From the NCBI GenBank assembly GCA_963840325.1, contig CAWIYM010000006.1, positions 13,698-77,697 on the forward strand: a stretch of DNA of 64,000 nucleotides. The letters run 5' to 3'. Origin of the DNA: Candidatus Bathyarchaeota archaeon. Lineage in GTDB: Archaea > Thermoproteota > Bathyarchaeia > Bathyarchaeales > Bathycorpusculaceae. The notes below the pieces were generated by a model. The model worked only from the letters and a program-made list of their open reading frames with translations. It ran no database searches and was not told the origin of the DNA. The position numbers were made by a program, and so were the translations under genes. This document shows, one piece after another, positions 40,287 to 50,245 of this stretch (its first letter is position 1; the number at the start of each line of letters is the position of its first letter).

Positions 40287-41555
40287 TTATCCTTGCATCT
40301 TAAACCTTAGAATCGCCGCGATGCCGCCGAAAGCGTTCTTTAGCATCTGTCCTTCTTCGGTTTCGCCCGAAATAACTTCGACATCGGTATTTGCGAGCTC
40401 AGAAAGCTCAGCTAAATCGTCCACAACATCTTTCTTGTCCACTACTGTGAATGATGGCGCTTGACATTTTGCACAAGGTTTCCCAACCAAGCCTTTCTCG
40501 AAATCAGCCATTTCCTTGCCTTTAACAGTGTGCTGTTCTTCGTAGCCGCAAGCACTGCATTTGACAGTGACCCGGACCAAATCTATATCTTCCGACATCA
40601 ACACTGTTCGAACAGCTCCATTCTGCAGCAGACGCCGCACTTCGGCTTCACCATAGGTTATCAATCCTGTGTCGTGGCCAACTTCGTATAGGAACTTTTG
40701 CATAACTTCTTTTTCTTCGATGTAGCGGACTTTGCGCATTATTTCGGGCGCTTTATCTACTATTTCCTTAACACCTTGCTCCTCTACGTAGGCAGTGTCG
40801 ATTACGTCGAGAATTTTGTTCTTCAATTGGTAGTTAAGGTAGTCGCCTTTCTCAAAATCGTATTTTGTGGGACCCGGCCCTCCCAGGATAAGTCCTTTTA
40901 AATTTTCAATTGGCAAAAAAGTATCGTTGGCATGCGCGCCCACACGGGTAAAGTATTCATTGAGTTGCATATCCCTTAAGCGTTCATATCGCCTAGCTGA
41001 TTGCCCACCTGCCTTAGTTTTGCCTGAAACACCAGAATGCATCTGCCTCACAATTTGTAGACGCTTTCCTTGCAAGGTCGCAATCGTAGCATTGTTCGCA
41101 TCTACGAGCAAGATGCCGTAGCTTTCTTTCTCCCGAAGCATGTCCTGCAAATACTCAGTGTGAAAACGTGAGTCGCATCGGTAGAGGAAAATTTTGATGG
41201 GGTCAGGCGGAACGATAACATAGGCTTCCATGCGTTCGGTTCCCGGCGCGTCCCCTTCCCCCAGTAGGGCACCGGTAAAAATCACTATACCCTTTTCTCC
41301 AGGGTCTTTGAAGAGTTTAAGTTTCTGCTGAGCTTTAGTGATGGCGTCGAGGACATTTTTGCGTGTGACGTTTGATTTGATGTTACTTGCGGTTCCGTAT
41401 TCATTGCGCAGTAGGTTAAGGGCGTCGCTGATTTGTTTGCCTGGTGGAACGTAGACTGTGATGAGTTCAGTGTGGCTGCCCTCTTTGTTGGCTAGGGCGT
41501 TTAGTGTTTTTCTTAGCCTGAATAGTTCAAGGGAGCTCTTTTTTGCGGTACTCAA
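40287..41555 (-). CDS. prf1: Peptide chain release factor aRF1
   Basis: GTASNIKS (NIKS), YRCDSRF, GGQSARR. Confidence 0.97.
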   Translation of the reverse strand: MSTAKKSSLELFRLRKTLNALANKEGSHTELITVYVPPGKQISDALNLLRNEYGTASNIKSNVTRKNVLDAITKAQQKLKLFKDPGEKGIVIFTGALLGEGDAPGTERMEAYVIVPPDPIKIFLYRCDSRFHTEYLQDMLREKESYGILLVDANNATIATLQGKRLQIVRQMHSGVSGKTKAGGQSARRYERLRDMQLNEYFTRVGAHANDTFLPIENLKGLILGGPGPTKYDFEKGDYLNYQLKNKILDVIDTAYVEEQGVKEIVDKAPEIMRKVRYIEEKEVMQKFLYEVGHDTGLITYGEAEVRRLLQNGAVRTVLMSEDIDLVRVTVKCSACGYEEQHTVKGKEMADFEKGLVGKPCAKCQAPSFTVVDKKDVVDDLAELSELANTDVEVISGETEEGQMLKNAFGGIAAILRFKMQG

Positions 41556-41633
41556 ACAACTTCACGATTTCTTTAACTTTATAACTAACGTTAAAAGGAA
41601 TCAAATAAAAGTTCCGACTTAAAAAAAGGAAGT

Positions 41634-42639
41634 TTAGGCTTTTTGTTTAGATGGCGGGGCAGGCTCTGGAGGTGCACCTATGGCGTCTCTAAGATAGGCC
41701 TTGTAGGGACCGAGTTTTCCTCCGTAGTTGCCTGAAGAAATCTTTACAACTCCTGGAACATCAACTGCTGCTGTCACACCTAACTTGAGGGCGTTTTTAA
41801 CAGCGTCAAGAGTTAAACCGTTCACAACAATCTCGTAAACGCAGGTTACACCTTCTGGAACAACCGAGTCTGGTACAAGCGTGCGTAAAGTTGGGCAGTA
41901 CGGGTGGTTAGTTGACGCTTTTAATTTGTATTTGAGAGAGCCTGCTTTACTTCCGGCACGGCAAACGCCTCCAGGGAAAATCATTATCACATCAGGAGCG
42001 CCTGTTCGGATTGCTTCGGCTGCTAATTCACTAGTCTTTAAGCCCTGCTTCTTGAGTTGCTGCAAAAATCATAAAGTTACCGCCTGCAATTGCTTCCATG
42101 GCGCCAAACCCGTCTTCAACTATAAAGTTGCCTTCCATAACTGGTATTTTCCAGCATTTTCTTCCGCCAACCATGGCTTTTTTCTGGAAGCCGTCACCGA
42201 AGTATCGAAGGCTACTGCCAACGTTGAGGGTGCGTTTGCCGGTTAGTCCGTTGAAGGCTGCGGTTGTTGGGCAAGTTAGGGTGCATTGACCTATTCGTTC
42301 CATAAGTTGGTGTTTTAGTTCAAAACGGTCTCTATTGTAAATTTGAATAAGCACGCCTGGTCGTTTGTCGGGAGTTTGATCTGCTGGAACAGAACGTTCA
42401 ATTGATGCCTCTGCAGAAGCGGCAATTACGCTTGTGGCAAAACCTGTGGTTAAACTTGCAGCGATTTGCGCCCATTTCTCGTTTTGAGCGGTAATTAGAA
42501 CTCTTCCTGCCCAAAGCCCGAACATTTCAGCAAACGTGTCCTGAACCTTCACGACGTTGCCGGATGACGACTTAACAATGAACATTTTTGTGCTTTCATC
42601 ATAGCTTTGAATTTCAAGCTTGCTATTATTTGATGACAT
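41634..42639 (-). CDS. ftr: Formylmethanofuran-H4MPT formyltransferase (one +1 frameshift at ~42038)
   Basis: DTFAEMF, TGFATSVI, RIGQCTLTCPTT, YFGDG, GGNF; continues in next frame with FPGG, GSKAGS, STNHPYCPTL, YEIVVNG, GNYGGKLG. Confidence 0.93.
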
Positions 42640-42938
42640 TGAAGGACCTGCCTGTTCTGTTGGGATTTGTATAATTTAAGAGTTTTCATGTTTTTTCTAG
42701 GTTCAACTTGGCTACTTTTTGGTTATTTTGAACGATTTAAGTTCGGTTAAAATAGTCAATGCGCAAACAGGAATGTAACTATTTTGCTGGCTTGTATTTA
42801 ATTTTCAGTTAAGCCTTTTTAACGACAAGATTTTTCGCAAAAAAATTAAGTTCAGGGGAACCTTTGGGGCTGTTGTAGTCTCCGAACAATCACTTATACT
42901 TAATTCTTACTTGAGGGTTGAATATCTTGTGAGTTCAA

Positions 42939-43163
42939 ATGGCCGTTAGTGAGAGAATAGGTATTGTTCGTTTCTGCGAAAAACCAAAAGACAAGAGCAG
43001 AATTATGAACAAGTTAGGCTTGAATGATGTGCAAGCGGAATCCTACTTGACAATTCTCACAAGGCAAAGCATGCTAAGTCAAAACAAAGGCAAATATATT
43101 GTCACAACAAAAGGGCAGAGCTACATTTCTTCTTCTGAGAGAATTCGAAAAATCAAATCCTAA
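42939..43163 (+). CDS. Small winged-helix DNA-binding protein
   Basis: KSRIM..LGLN..Q..SYL..L...YIVTTKG pattern of archaeal wHTH proteins. Confidence 0.7.
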   Translation: MAVSERIGIVRFCEKPKDKSRIMNKLGLNDVQAESYLTILTRQSMLSQNKGKYIVTTKGQSYISSSERIRKIKS

Positions 43164-43440
43164 ACATTATTAGCAATAGTGATATTGTAGATGTTAGACA
43201 GGATTCAGTAAGATCTGCCAAATTCATATTTTAAAGACCAATCTCAAAAGACAGAATATGCTTTAGTTTTTTTCAAGGATCGGTTAACTTCACTTGATGG
43301 ATTTGCAAAATTAAATTTTTTCTTTGTAATGGTTTAACAGATAGGATTGCGTTGGGGTAATTGCTGCTATAAGAGGAAAACTGGAAATAAAAGTTTAGAT
43401 TAAAAGAGGGGGAGGACTTGCAATGCTACTCATCCAAACG

Positions 43441-43914
43441 TGTATTTCTAAATAGTCTGCAAAAGAAGAAGAAGACGCGCAGTGGAATTTTAGGTAAGCT
43501 TATTTTGGGTTGAATTAGCCGTTTGGGGCTTGGATCATTTACAGAATGTGGGTCTAAAAGGGTTGAAATGGGTTGGGAAGGGCAATTTTTCTTCTTCTTA
43601 AATGAACCCGAAGGAAAATCTTCATGAAAAACTGCACTGGGCTTCAGACTAAGATTAGAGAAATTGTTTTTTTAGTTGAGAAAATCTCGGCAAGCCCACA
43701 AGTCAGTAAATAAGGAAAATGCAAGAAGAATTGGCAAAATGCTGGCTGATTCAATCTGTATTTCCTAAATATTGTGCAAAAGAAGAAGAAGACTCGCAAA
43801 TGCATTTTTGATTGAGCTTGTTTTGGGTTGCTTTTTCAATTTAGGGCTTGTGGCGTTTGCAGGTTGAGTCGGCAGAAGTCGTAAAGTGTCGCAAAAAGTC
43901 CCATCTTCTTCTTC
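43441..43914 (+). repeat. Two diverged direct repeats (43441-43598, 43757-43914), each bounded by AGAAGAAGA...TCTTCTTC
   Basis: TGTATTTC(C)TAAATA..TGCAAAAGAAGAAGAAGAC.CGCA, AGCTT.TTTTGGGTTG and GGGCTTG are shared; both starts and ends are offset by ~316 nt. Confidence 0.7.
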
Positions 43915-44054
43915 CACCCGGCTATGACAAAGCGAATTAACTTAAAAAATGGAAATACCGAGAAATCGACAGCGGCGGTTCAAAATGATTGTTCAGGTTT
44001 GTTTTCGTTAGTCTTTATCAACTTGTCGCACAATATAGAAATGAAGGTTAAGCG

Positions 44055-44879
44055 ATGGAAACTCAAGTTGAATGGCAACGAATTCTATGCGAATGCAAAG
44101 GCAATGTACAACTAGCCATCAAACCATGCCTCAAAAGCCTGAAGGGAACTCAACCAACCTTAGGCATGGGAGCAGGCGGAGACATGATGAAGCCAGTGGA
44201 TTTAGCTGCAGAAACAGCAATCGTGCAAACCCTTCAAAAATACGGCGTTTCTTTTACTCTTATCAGCGAAGAATCAGGCATCAAAGAATACGGCTCCTCA
44301 CCCCAAGAGTGCTATTTGTGTGTTGACCCAATCGATGGCACCACCAATTTAACACATGGCTTGCCTTTCTACGCTTCATCAATTGCGGTTTCAAATAAAC
44401 CCGAACTCTCCGATGTCTACGCTGGCATGGTTGTTGACCTCGTGCATGATGAAACATTCATTGCGTTAAAAGGCGAGGGTGCATACCGCAACGGCAAGCG
44501 AATACACACGTCAGAAACTAAGTCGCTATATGAAGCAGTCGTAGGTTTGGACTTGAACGCTTTCAAAGGAAAATTGAACATGAAAATTGCAGCCGCGTTA
44601 ATCGAAAACATCAGGCACACACGTCACTTTGGCGCCAACGCCCTTGAAATCTGCCATGTTGCAGCTGGATTAACAGATGCCTTCATAGATCTGCGAAACA
44701 AGATTCGCACAACTGACGTCGCCGCAGGATTCCTCATAGTTAAAGAAGCAGGCGGAATCGTAACCAATCAAGAAAATGAGCCGATAAACGTAAAATTGGA
44801 TCCTAAACAAACATTGAGTTTTGTTGCTTCAGCCAATGTGAAGATTCATCAAGAAATTTTGAACCTGGTTAACCATTAA
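44055..44879 (+). CDS. suhB: Inositol monophosphatase / FBPase (SuhB family)
   Basis: ISEESG, VDPIDGTTN, GEGAYRNG, DVAAG..IVKEAGG. Confidence 0.92.
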   Translation: METQVEWQRILCECKGNVQLAIKPCLKSLKGTQPTLGMGAGGDMMKPVDLAAETAIVQTLQKYGVSFTLISEESGIKEYGSSPQECYLCVDPIDGTTNLTHGLPFYASSIAVSNKPELSDVYAGMVVDLVHDETFIALKGEGAYRNGKRIHTSETKSLYEAVVGLDLNAFKGKLNMKIAAALIENIRHTRHFGANALEICHVAAGLTDAFIDLRNKIRTTDVAAGFLIVKEAGGIVTNQENEPINVKLDPKQTLSFVASANVKIHQEILNLVNH

Positions 44880-45721
44880 TGTTAAATTTGCTCTTGCCCC
44901 ACCCGGCGGCACTTGTAAAAACCTCAAAAACCAAAACGCTTCTTATCTCCGACCCTCATCTTGGCTGGGAAATGCAACTACAAGAAAAAGGTATCCACAT
45001 ACCTAGTCAAACCATAAAGATTCTTAACAAATTAACCGCAATCATTACGGAGTATAAACCCAATCGGCTGATTATCCTTGGAGACGTGAAATACACAGTT
45101 GTTTCGCATCAATTTGGTGAGTGGCAGGACATCCCAGATTTTTTCAAAAGGCTCGAAAGTTTGATTGGAAGCATAGCTGTTGTTCGTGGTAACCATGATG
45201 CTAACTTGGAGCCATTGTTGCCGGAGAAAGTTGAATTTTTGCCGGCAACAGGAGCTGTAGTTAGTGATGTGGGGGTGTTTCATGGGCATAAGTGGCCCTC
45301 ACCCGCGCTGCTGGGGTGTAAGACATTGGTGATGGGACATCTGCATCCTGTCGTAGTTTTTCGTGACCCAACGGGATGTAAAATTACAAGGCAAATTTGG
45401 ATGAAAGCTAAATGCGACACCGAAGTCTTAGCGAAAATTCTCTTGCAAAAAAGTAAAGTGAGAATTGAGGGCTCGGTAACTGAAACATTAAAAAAACATT
45501 ACAATATAAAACTAAAAACTGAAGAAATTTTTATAATGCCAAGCTTTAACGATTTTTTAGGAGGCAGACCAGTAAACGAAACTCGACCACGGAAAGAAAT
45601 CGGTAGCGAAGCGTTGATTGGCCCTGTTTTGCGTTCAGTAGCGGTAGATGTCGATGAGGCTGAGCTATTTCTTTTGGATGGAACGTATTTGGGAACTTTG
45701 AATCAGCTTAGGCAGTTATGA
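44879..45721 (+). CDS. Calcineurin-like metallophosphoesterase (COG1407-type)
   Basis: SDPHLG, LGD, RGNHD, FHGH, MGHLHP, MPSFN. Confidence 0.9.
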   Translation: MLNLLLPHPAALVKTSKTKTLLISDPHLGWEMQLQEKGIHIPSQTIKILNKLTAIITEYKPNRLIILGDVKYTVVSHQFGEWQDIPDFFKRLESLIGSIAVVRGNHDANLEPLLPEKVEFLPATGAVVSDVGVFHGHKWPSPALLGCKTLVMGHLHPVVVFRDPTGCKITRQIWMKAKCDTEVLAKILLQKSKVRIEGSVTETLKKHYNIKLKTEEIFIMPSFNDFLGGRPVNETRPRKEIGSEALIGPVLRSVAVDVDEAELFLLDGTYLGTLNQLRQL

Positions 45722-45800
45722 TCAGACAGAGTTTGATACGCTAACTCTTATATTTGCCACATGTTATATGCATGATATAGTTTGAGGAGGATAAAACAAA

Positions 45801-45953
45801 ATGAAACTTGTAACAGTCTTACTTCCTGAAGCGTATTTGGAAGGTCTAGATGAATTAGTTCGAGCCAACATGTACCCAAGCCGAAGCAGCGTAATCCGCT
45901 CCTCGGTACGTGACTTGCTCAAAAAAGAACTTTGGGAAAACAAACGCAGATAA
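45801..45953 (+). CDS. Ribbon-helix-helix (CopG/CdrS-like) regulator, 50 aa, not in ORF track
   Basis: MKLVTVLLPEAYLEGLDELVRANMYPSRSSVIRSSVRDLLKKELWENKRR; SD GAGGAGG upstream. Confidence 0.9.
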   Translation: MKLVTVLLPEAYLEGLDELVRANMYPSRSSVIRSSVRDLLKKELWENKRR

Positions 45954-45961
45954 AACTGCGG

Positions 45962-46730
45962 CTAAACCCCTCTTATCGAAGCACAGAGCATATTTGCAGC
46001 TTTCGCTGGATCATCCGAGTTGGTTATTTCTCTTCCAACGATTAAGTAATTTGCACCTGCTCTAATCGCTGTTTCCGCAGCCCCGCCCTGAGCACCAACC
46101 CCAGGCGAGTAAATAGCAACATTTTGGCCTAGAATCTGCTTAATTTCTGCTATTTTTTGAGGAACGGTTGCTCCAACCACGACACCATCTGCGCCCCATT
46201 TCAACGCTTTTTTAGCAAATGAAGAATATTGGGGGGTCTGAAGACCCGTTTCAGGGTCAATTATTGTCTGCCCATAACCTTCGCTTGCACCTTTATGGCT
46301 CATGTAAGTGAGCAGTATAACGCCTCGAGTAAGTCGTTTTGAAACTTCAAAGAGTGGTTTTAAGCCTTCTTCCCAGCCAACGAACGGGTTAGCAATAATT
46401 GCGTCAAAACCTGCTGAAAAATAGTATTCTGCTATTATTTGGTTGGTGTTACCGATGTCGTTAACTTTTGCATCCATGATTGCGAGAATGCCTTGCATGT
46501 GGATTTGCTCGAACTAGCTGCTGCACACCATCGAAGGTTCCGAGTGGAAGTGTTAAATGATGATTAATCTTGACCGCGCAAATATGGGGATTAACGGCTT
46601 TCAGAATTTTTTGTGCTTTCATCAAAATTTTATGGCGGTTCTCAGCAACTTCGAAAGGGAAATCCAGTGCTAAAATAAGGCGTGAATCTTTGTTTTTTGC
46701 TGCTTCTTGCATTTTTAGTTTAAACGTCAA
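45962..46730 (-). CDS. pyrF: Orotidine-5'-phosphate decarboxylase (one +1 frameshift at ~46512)
   Basis: LILALD, AVKIN, DAKVNDIGNT, VVGAT, SPGVGAQGG, IVGR split over two frames. Confidence 0.93.
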
Positions 46731-46913
46731 TCGCTTTGCCTCTTGCTATAGGTGTTAGTGCTTGACTATTTCATTTTTTCCGTTAAAACAATGTTTTATC
46801 CTTCAAGTCAAATAGAGACTTTAGATTTCTCCGCATCCAATTTGGCACATAATTACCGGCAAATATGTTTTGACTAAATAAAGGTTGAGAGAGTTAAAGA
46901 AAAAGTATAGATT

Positions 46914-47612
46914 TTATTTTACTACCCAAACTGATGAGGAAGCAAGATTCCATGTGATGGTTTGTTTCATTGCTGGGTTGTTGTATTCTTGATAATTAGT
47001 AAGAGTTTCAAGCATGCCGGTAGATTTATCGAAAATGACGCCCGTATAGTCATATCTTTGCGTGCTTTGAGTGGGGTCATTTACGTTGAAGAACTGGTTA
47101 TCTATGAACCAGAAGTTCTCCCACCGTGTACTATCAGCAAATACTCTTGTTTCTGTTCGGTTAACCGTTAATCCATCAAATCCTTTTGGACGAAGCAAAT
47201 CACCTACATTGAGATCTGCTGGGTAAAGAGCCCAAAATCCGTTATCATCTACCTTTTTACCGTTTGCAATGTCAAGTAGTTGTGTCCCAATTACCTCTGT
47301 TCCATTTTTGAAGCGCCATAAGGTATTCATTGACACATTTGTTCCAGTGATATCTGTTATTGTAATCTTGTAGTATTCTGTTTGATTGTATTGGAAAAAG
47401 CCAGGTGGTTCCACTGCATCCAAACCAATTAAAGTTGATGTGCTAGTAATGTTATATGTGAAGTTGTCTCCAATGTGGACTCCTACCGTAACCACTTTTG
47501 GCGGAGGGTTTGCAACAACATAAATTATTGCTCCTGCCGAAACTATTAGTATAACTAAGAGAATTACTGCCGCGTAAATTGTTTTAGATGACCTTTTCCT
47601 TTTAAATGCCAT
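46914..47612 (-). CDS. Hypothetical membrane-anchored exported protein
   Basis: Basic N-terminus, single hydrophobic helix, T/N-rich beta domain with N-X-S/T sequons. Confidence 0.8.
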   Translation of the reverse strand: MAFKRKRSSKTIYAAVILLVILIVSAGAIIYVVANPPPKVVTVGVHIGDNFTYNITSTSTLIGLDAVEPPGFFQYNQTEYYKITITDITGTNVSMNTLWRFKNGTEVIGTQLLDIANGKKVDDNGFWALYPADLNVGDLLRPKGFDGLTVNRTETRVFADSTRWENFWFIDNQFFNVNDPTQSTQRYDYTGVIFDKSTGMLETLTNYQEYNNPAMKQTITWNLASSSVWVVK

Positions 47613-47732
47613 AGCTCTAACATTGCCATAGTCAAGTATTTAGTTGTTTTCCCAAAACCCGCTTAAAATTGGGCGTCAATCAACAAAGCTGAAATTGCCA
47701 TTTCTATTCTAAAATTAATTTTCTGGAGTTAA

Positions 47733-48107
47733 TTATGAAAATTTTATGTTGCTTTGACTTCTGTTTTTAGATTCGGTTGTTTCTGAGGGTGAACCTGGCT
47801 TTTCTTCAGATTGTTTTTTGTTCAAACTAATCGTTAGTTTGTGGTTTTTCTTGATAAGAACCACATCACTCTCTAGAACACCTTCGACAAGAACTTCTCC
47901 ATTGTATTTCATCCGACTATCATAGCCTAACTCTTTTAGTTCTTTCATTAAGAGTTCACGCGAAGCCCTCAACAACTCGCTAGAGGTATTTGGTCCTCGG
48001 TTAAAACAAAAAGTAAGTATTTTGGACTTTGAATCAAAGCTCGCTTTTGTCCCTTTACCGATGTTTTCCACTTGACCCCATTCTAATTTTTCAGTGGATT
48101 CACGCAT
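47733..48107 (-). CDS. Hypothetical protein
   Basis: ATG 10 nt after aIF2-alpha stop; 124 aa. Confidence 0.6.
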   Translation of the reverse strand: MRESTEKLEWGQVENIGKGTKASFDSKSKILTFCFNRGPNTSSELLRASRELLMKELKELGYDSRMKYNGEVLVEGVLESDVVLIKKNHKLTISLNKKQSEEKPGSPSETTESKNRSQSNIKFS

Positions 48108-48117
48108 TTTCTCACTC

Positions 48118-48906
48118 TTATTTTTCCCTTTTAAAAGATCCATGACCGCCCGCTTTAGTAACGTTATCGACTACGTTTTCACTAACCTTATCAAGCACTT
48201 CTTCTGCCCGTTTCCAATTATCTGCTGAAACTTCAACACTGTACTTTGGAGCAGCAATTACTCCAAATTCGATTTTGGCATCTTTGGCTTGTTGCGATTT
48301 TTTTGCGTCGCTGAATGCTTCTTGAATACATCTAACACCGTTAGGTTTCATACAGCGAACTTCAATAACTCCCTTAACTTGAACAGTTTTTATTTTTATG
48401 CGCTCTTCTGCAACTTGGGCAATTACTTTGGCTAGGTCTTCGGGGATTTGGAGTTTGGTTAAGATGTCTATGCCTTCCTTGACTACTTTTTCGAAGCCAT
48501 CGTATAAGCCATATTTTTCTTCAAGAATAACTCCTGCTTTCTGATAGACTTCGTGAATTGGCAAACCTGTTTTTTCTGCAACAGCATGAAGTAATGCGTC
48601 GCCTTTGCGGTCTTTTTTCCAAGATTTGATTTTTTCTATTCTTTCACGTTTCGTAACTCGGCGTAGCGAGAGATCAATATGTCCTTTTTCAATGTCAACT
48701 CGGAGGACTTTTAGGACCATTTTTTGGTTTTCACGAACAAAGTCTCGAACGTTTCTTATACGTGCGCTTGAGATTTCGGAGATATGAAGAAAACCACGTC
48801 TACTGTACTCGTCTAGGTTAGCGTATGCTCCGTAATCCATCACGCTTTCTATCGTAGCGATGACGAGGTCGCCCGATTCAGGCCATTCAGGTTTATGTTC
48901 AGACAT
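48118..48906 (-). CDS. eif2a: Translation initiation factor aIF2 alpha subunit
   Basis: PESGDLVIAT, YGAYANLDEY, LHISEIS, GHIDLSLRRV, AAPKY. Confidence 0.95.
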   Translation of the reverse strand: MSEHKPEWPESGDLVIATIESVMDYGAYANLDEYSRRGFLHISEISSARIRNVRDFVRENQKMVLKVLRVDIEKGHIDLSLRRVTKRERIEKIKSWKKDRKGDALLHAVAEKTGLPIHEVYQKAGVILEEKYGLYDGFEKVVKEGIDILTKLQIPEDLAKVIAQVAEERIKIKTVQVKGVIEVRCMKPNGVRCIQEAFSDAKKSQQAKDAKIEFGVIAAPKYSVEVSADNWKRAEEVLDKVSENVVDNVTKAGGHGSFKREK

Positions 48907-49378
48907 TATGTACATCCTGCTCAAGAAGACTTGTTTTTACTCGATTGATTGCGTAAAGGCAAATCTTCCTCATGATTATTAAAAACTCCTGAAATAAATC
49001 TTGTCGGGTTTAAGATAAGGTTTTCTACCAAAAGAAGCATCATTTTAAACTGAACCAAGCAGATTTGTTATAGTGAGTTAGAATTGTTTTTTTCGGGTTT
49101 CTTTCTGTCATTATTTATTAGAATTTTGGAATTTTGCAAACAATCACTTTCAATTCGGGTTTTTCAAAAACGAAAAGAAGCAACATCAAGGTCGTCTAAC
49201 GTTGCATAATTGTATTTAGATCATTGAGAGTCTGGAAGAATTAAATCATACTTTTAGAGATGCCAATCCATGAGTAAAACAATATCTGCACAGCCTTCAG
49301 AAAATTGGTCTTTAACGATTTTTGCGCAAACATTAAATCCCAATGCGAATAGGGGAAGTTAGGGAAGTTAGGGTCAAA

Positions 49379-50110
49379 ATGAAACTCTCTTTCTCAAGCC
49401 AATTGTCTAACGAAGCAAAAGGTAAAATCAAATTAGCAACTTTAGTTGTTGTTGTCACTTTAATTGTCGCTGTTTTCATGTATTACTTTACCTTCACTTC
49501 TGTCGGCTATGGAAACTGGATGTTCGTCGCAATAAATATCGTGCTGTTCAGCGTTTTCTTTTTGCTATCCTCTTTCCGAAAAAGACTCAACCGTCTCCCA
49601 AACAGCGTTTACGTAGCTTTCATCGTAGCTTTGTTCGCCGAAATGTATGGAATACCCTTAACAATGTATTTCTTTATGGGCGCCTTTGGCTACATTAAAA
49701 TCTTTAGCCTTGAATTTCTCCTCACACAAGTAATGGGGCAAAACGCGTTTTATGTGATATACCACTACTACGTTTTCCCTGCATCAAAATTTATAATCGG
49801 ATTCGGCATACTTTTAGTGATCTTTGGCTGGTATCAAATCTTTCAGGCAAAAGGCAAACTCGTTAAAACAGGACTCTACAAGTACACTCGCAATCCCCAA
49901 TACATAGGTTTTCTGTTGATAACCGGCGGCTTAAACGTTCAATGGCTAACACTCATTACGACTGCGATTTGGCCAGTCTTAGCGCTCCTGTATTGGAGAC
50001 TTTCAAAAATTGAGGAAAAAGAATCTGAATCGAGATATGGCGAAGAATTTCTCGAATACAAGCGGTCAACACCGAGATTTATTCCTCGCCTAAAAAGGAA
50101 AATGGATTAA
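49379..50110 (+). CDS. Isoprenylcysteine carboxylmethyltransferase/PEMT family membrane protein
   Basis: AFIVALFAEMYGIPLT, LVKTGLYKYTRNPQY, EE...YGEEF.EYK..TPRF. Confidence 0.88.
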   Translation: MKLSFSSQLSNEAKGKIKLATLVVVVTLIVAVFMYYFTFTSVGYGNWMFVAINIVLFSVFFLLSSFRKRLNRLPNSVYVAFIVALFAEMYGIPLTMYFFMGAFGYIKIFSLEFLLTQVMGQNAFYVIYHYYVFPASKFIIGFGILLVIFGWYQIFQAKGKLVKTGLYKYTRNPQYIGFLLITGGLNVQWLTLITTAIWPVLALLYWRLSKIEEKESESRYGEEFLEYKRSTPRFIPRLKRKMD

Positions 50111-50245
50111 AACATTTTTCTTTCTATCAGTTCTTGAAACGGAATTCGCTTTCTCCTCAAATCTCATTTATGTCATTTTGTTTTTTAAATAGTTTAATTT
50201 TATTAACATCAAATTATGTTTTATATTGAGGTTGATGAGGGGACC

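Noticed and set aside
49352-49373. Short tandem repeat GGGAAGTTA(G) upstream of the methyltransferase gene
   Set aside because: Only two units; compatible with chance or a local slip
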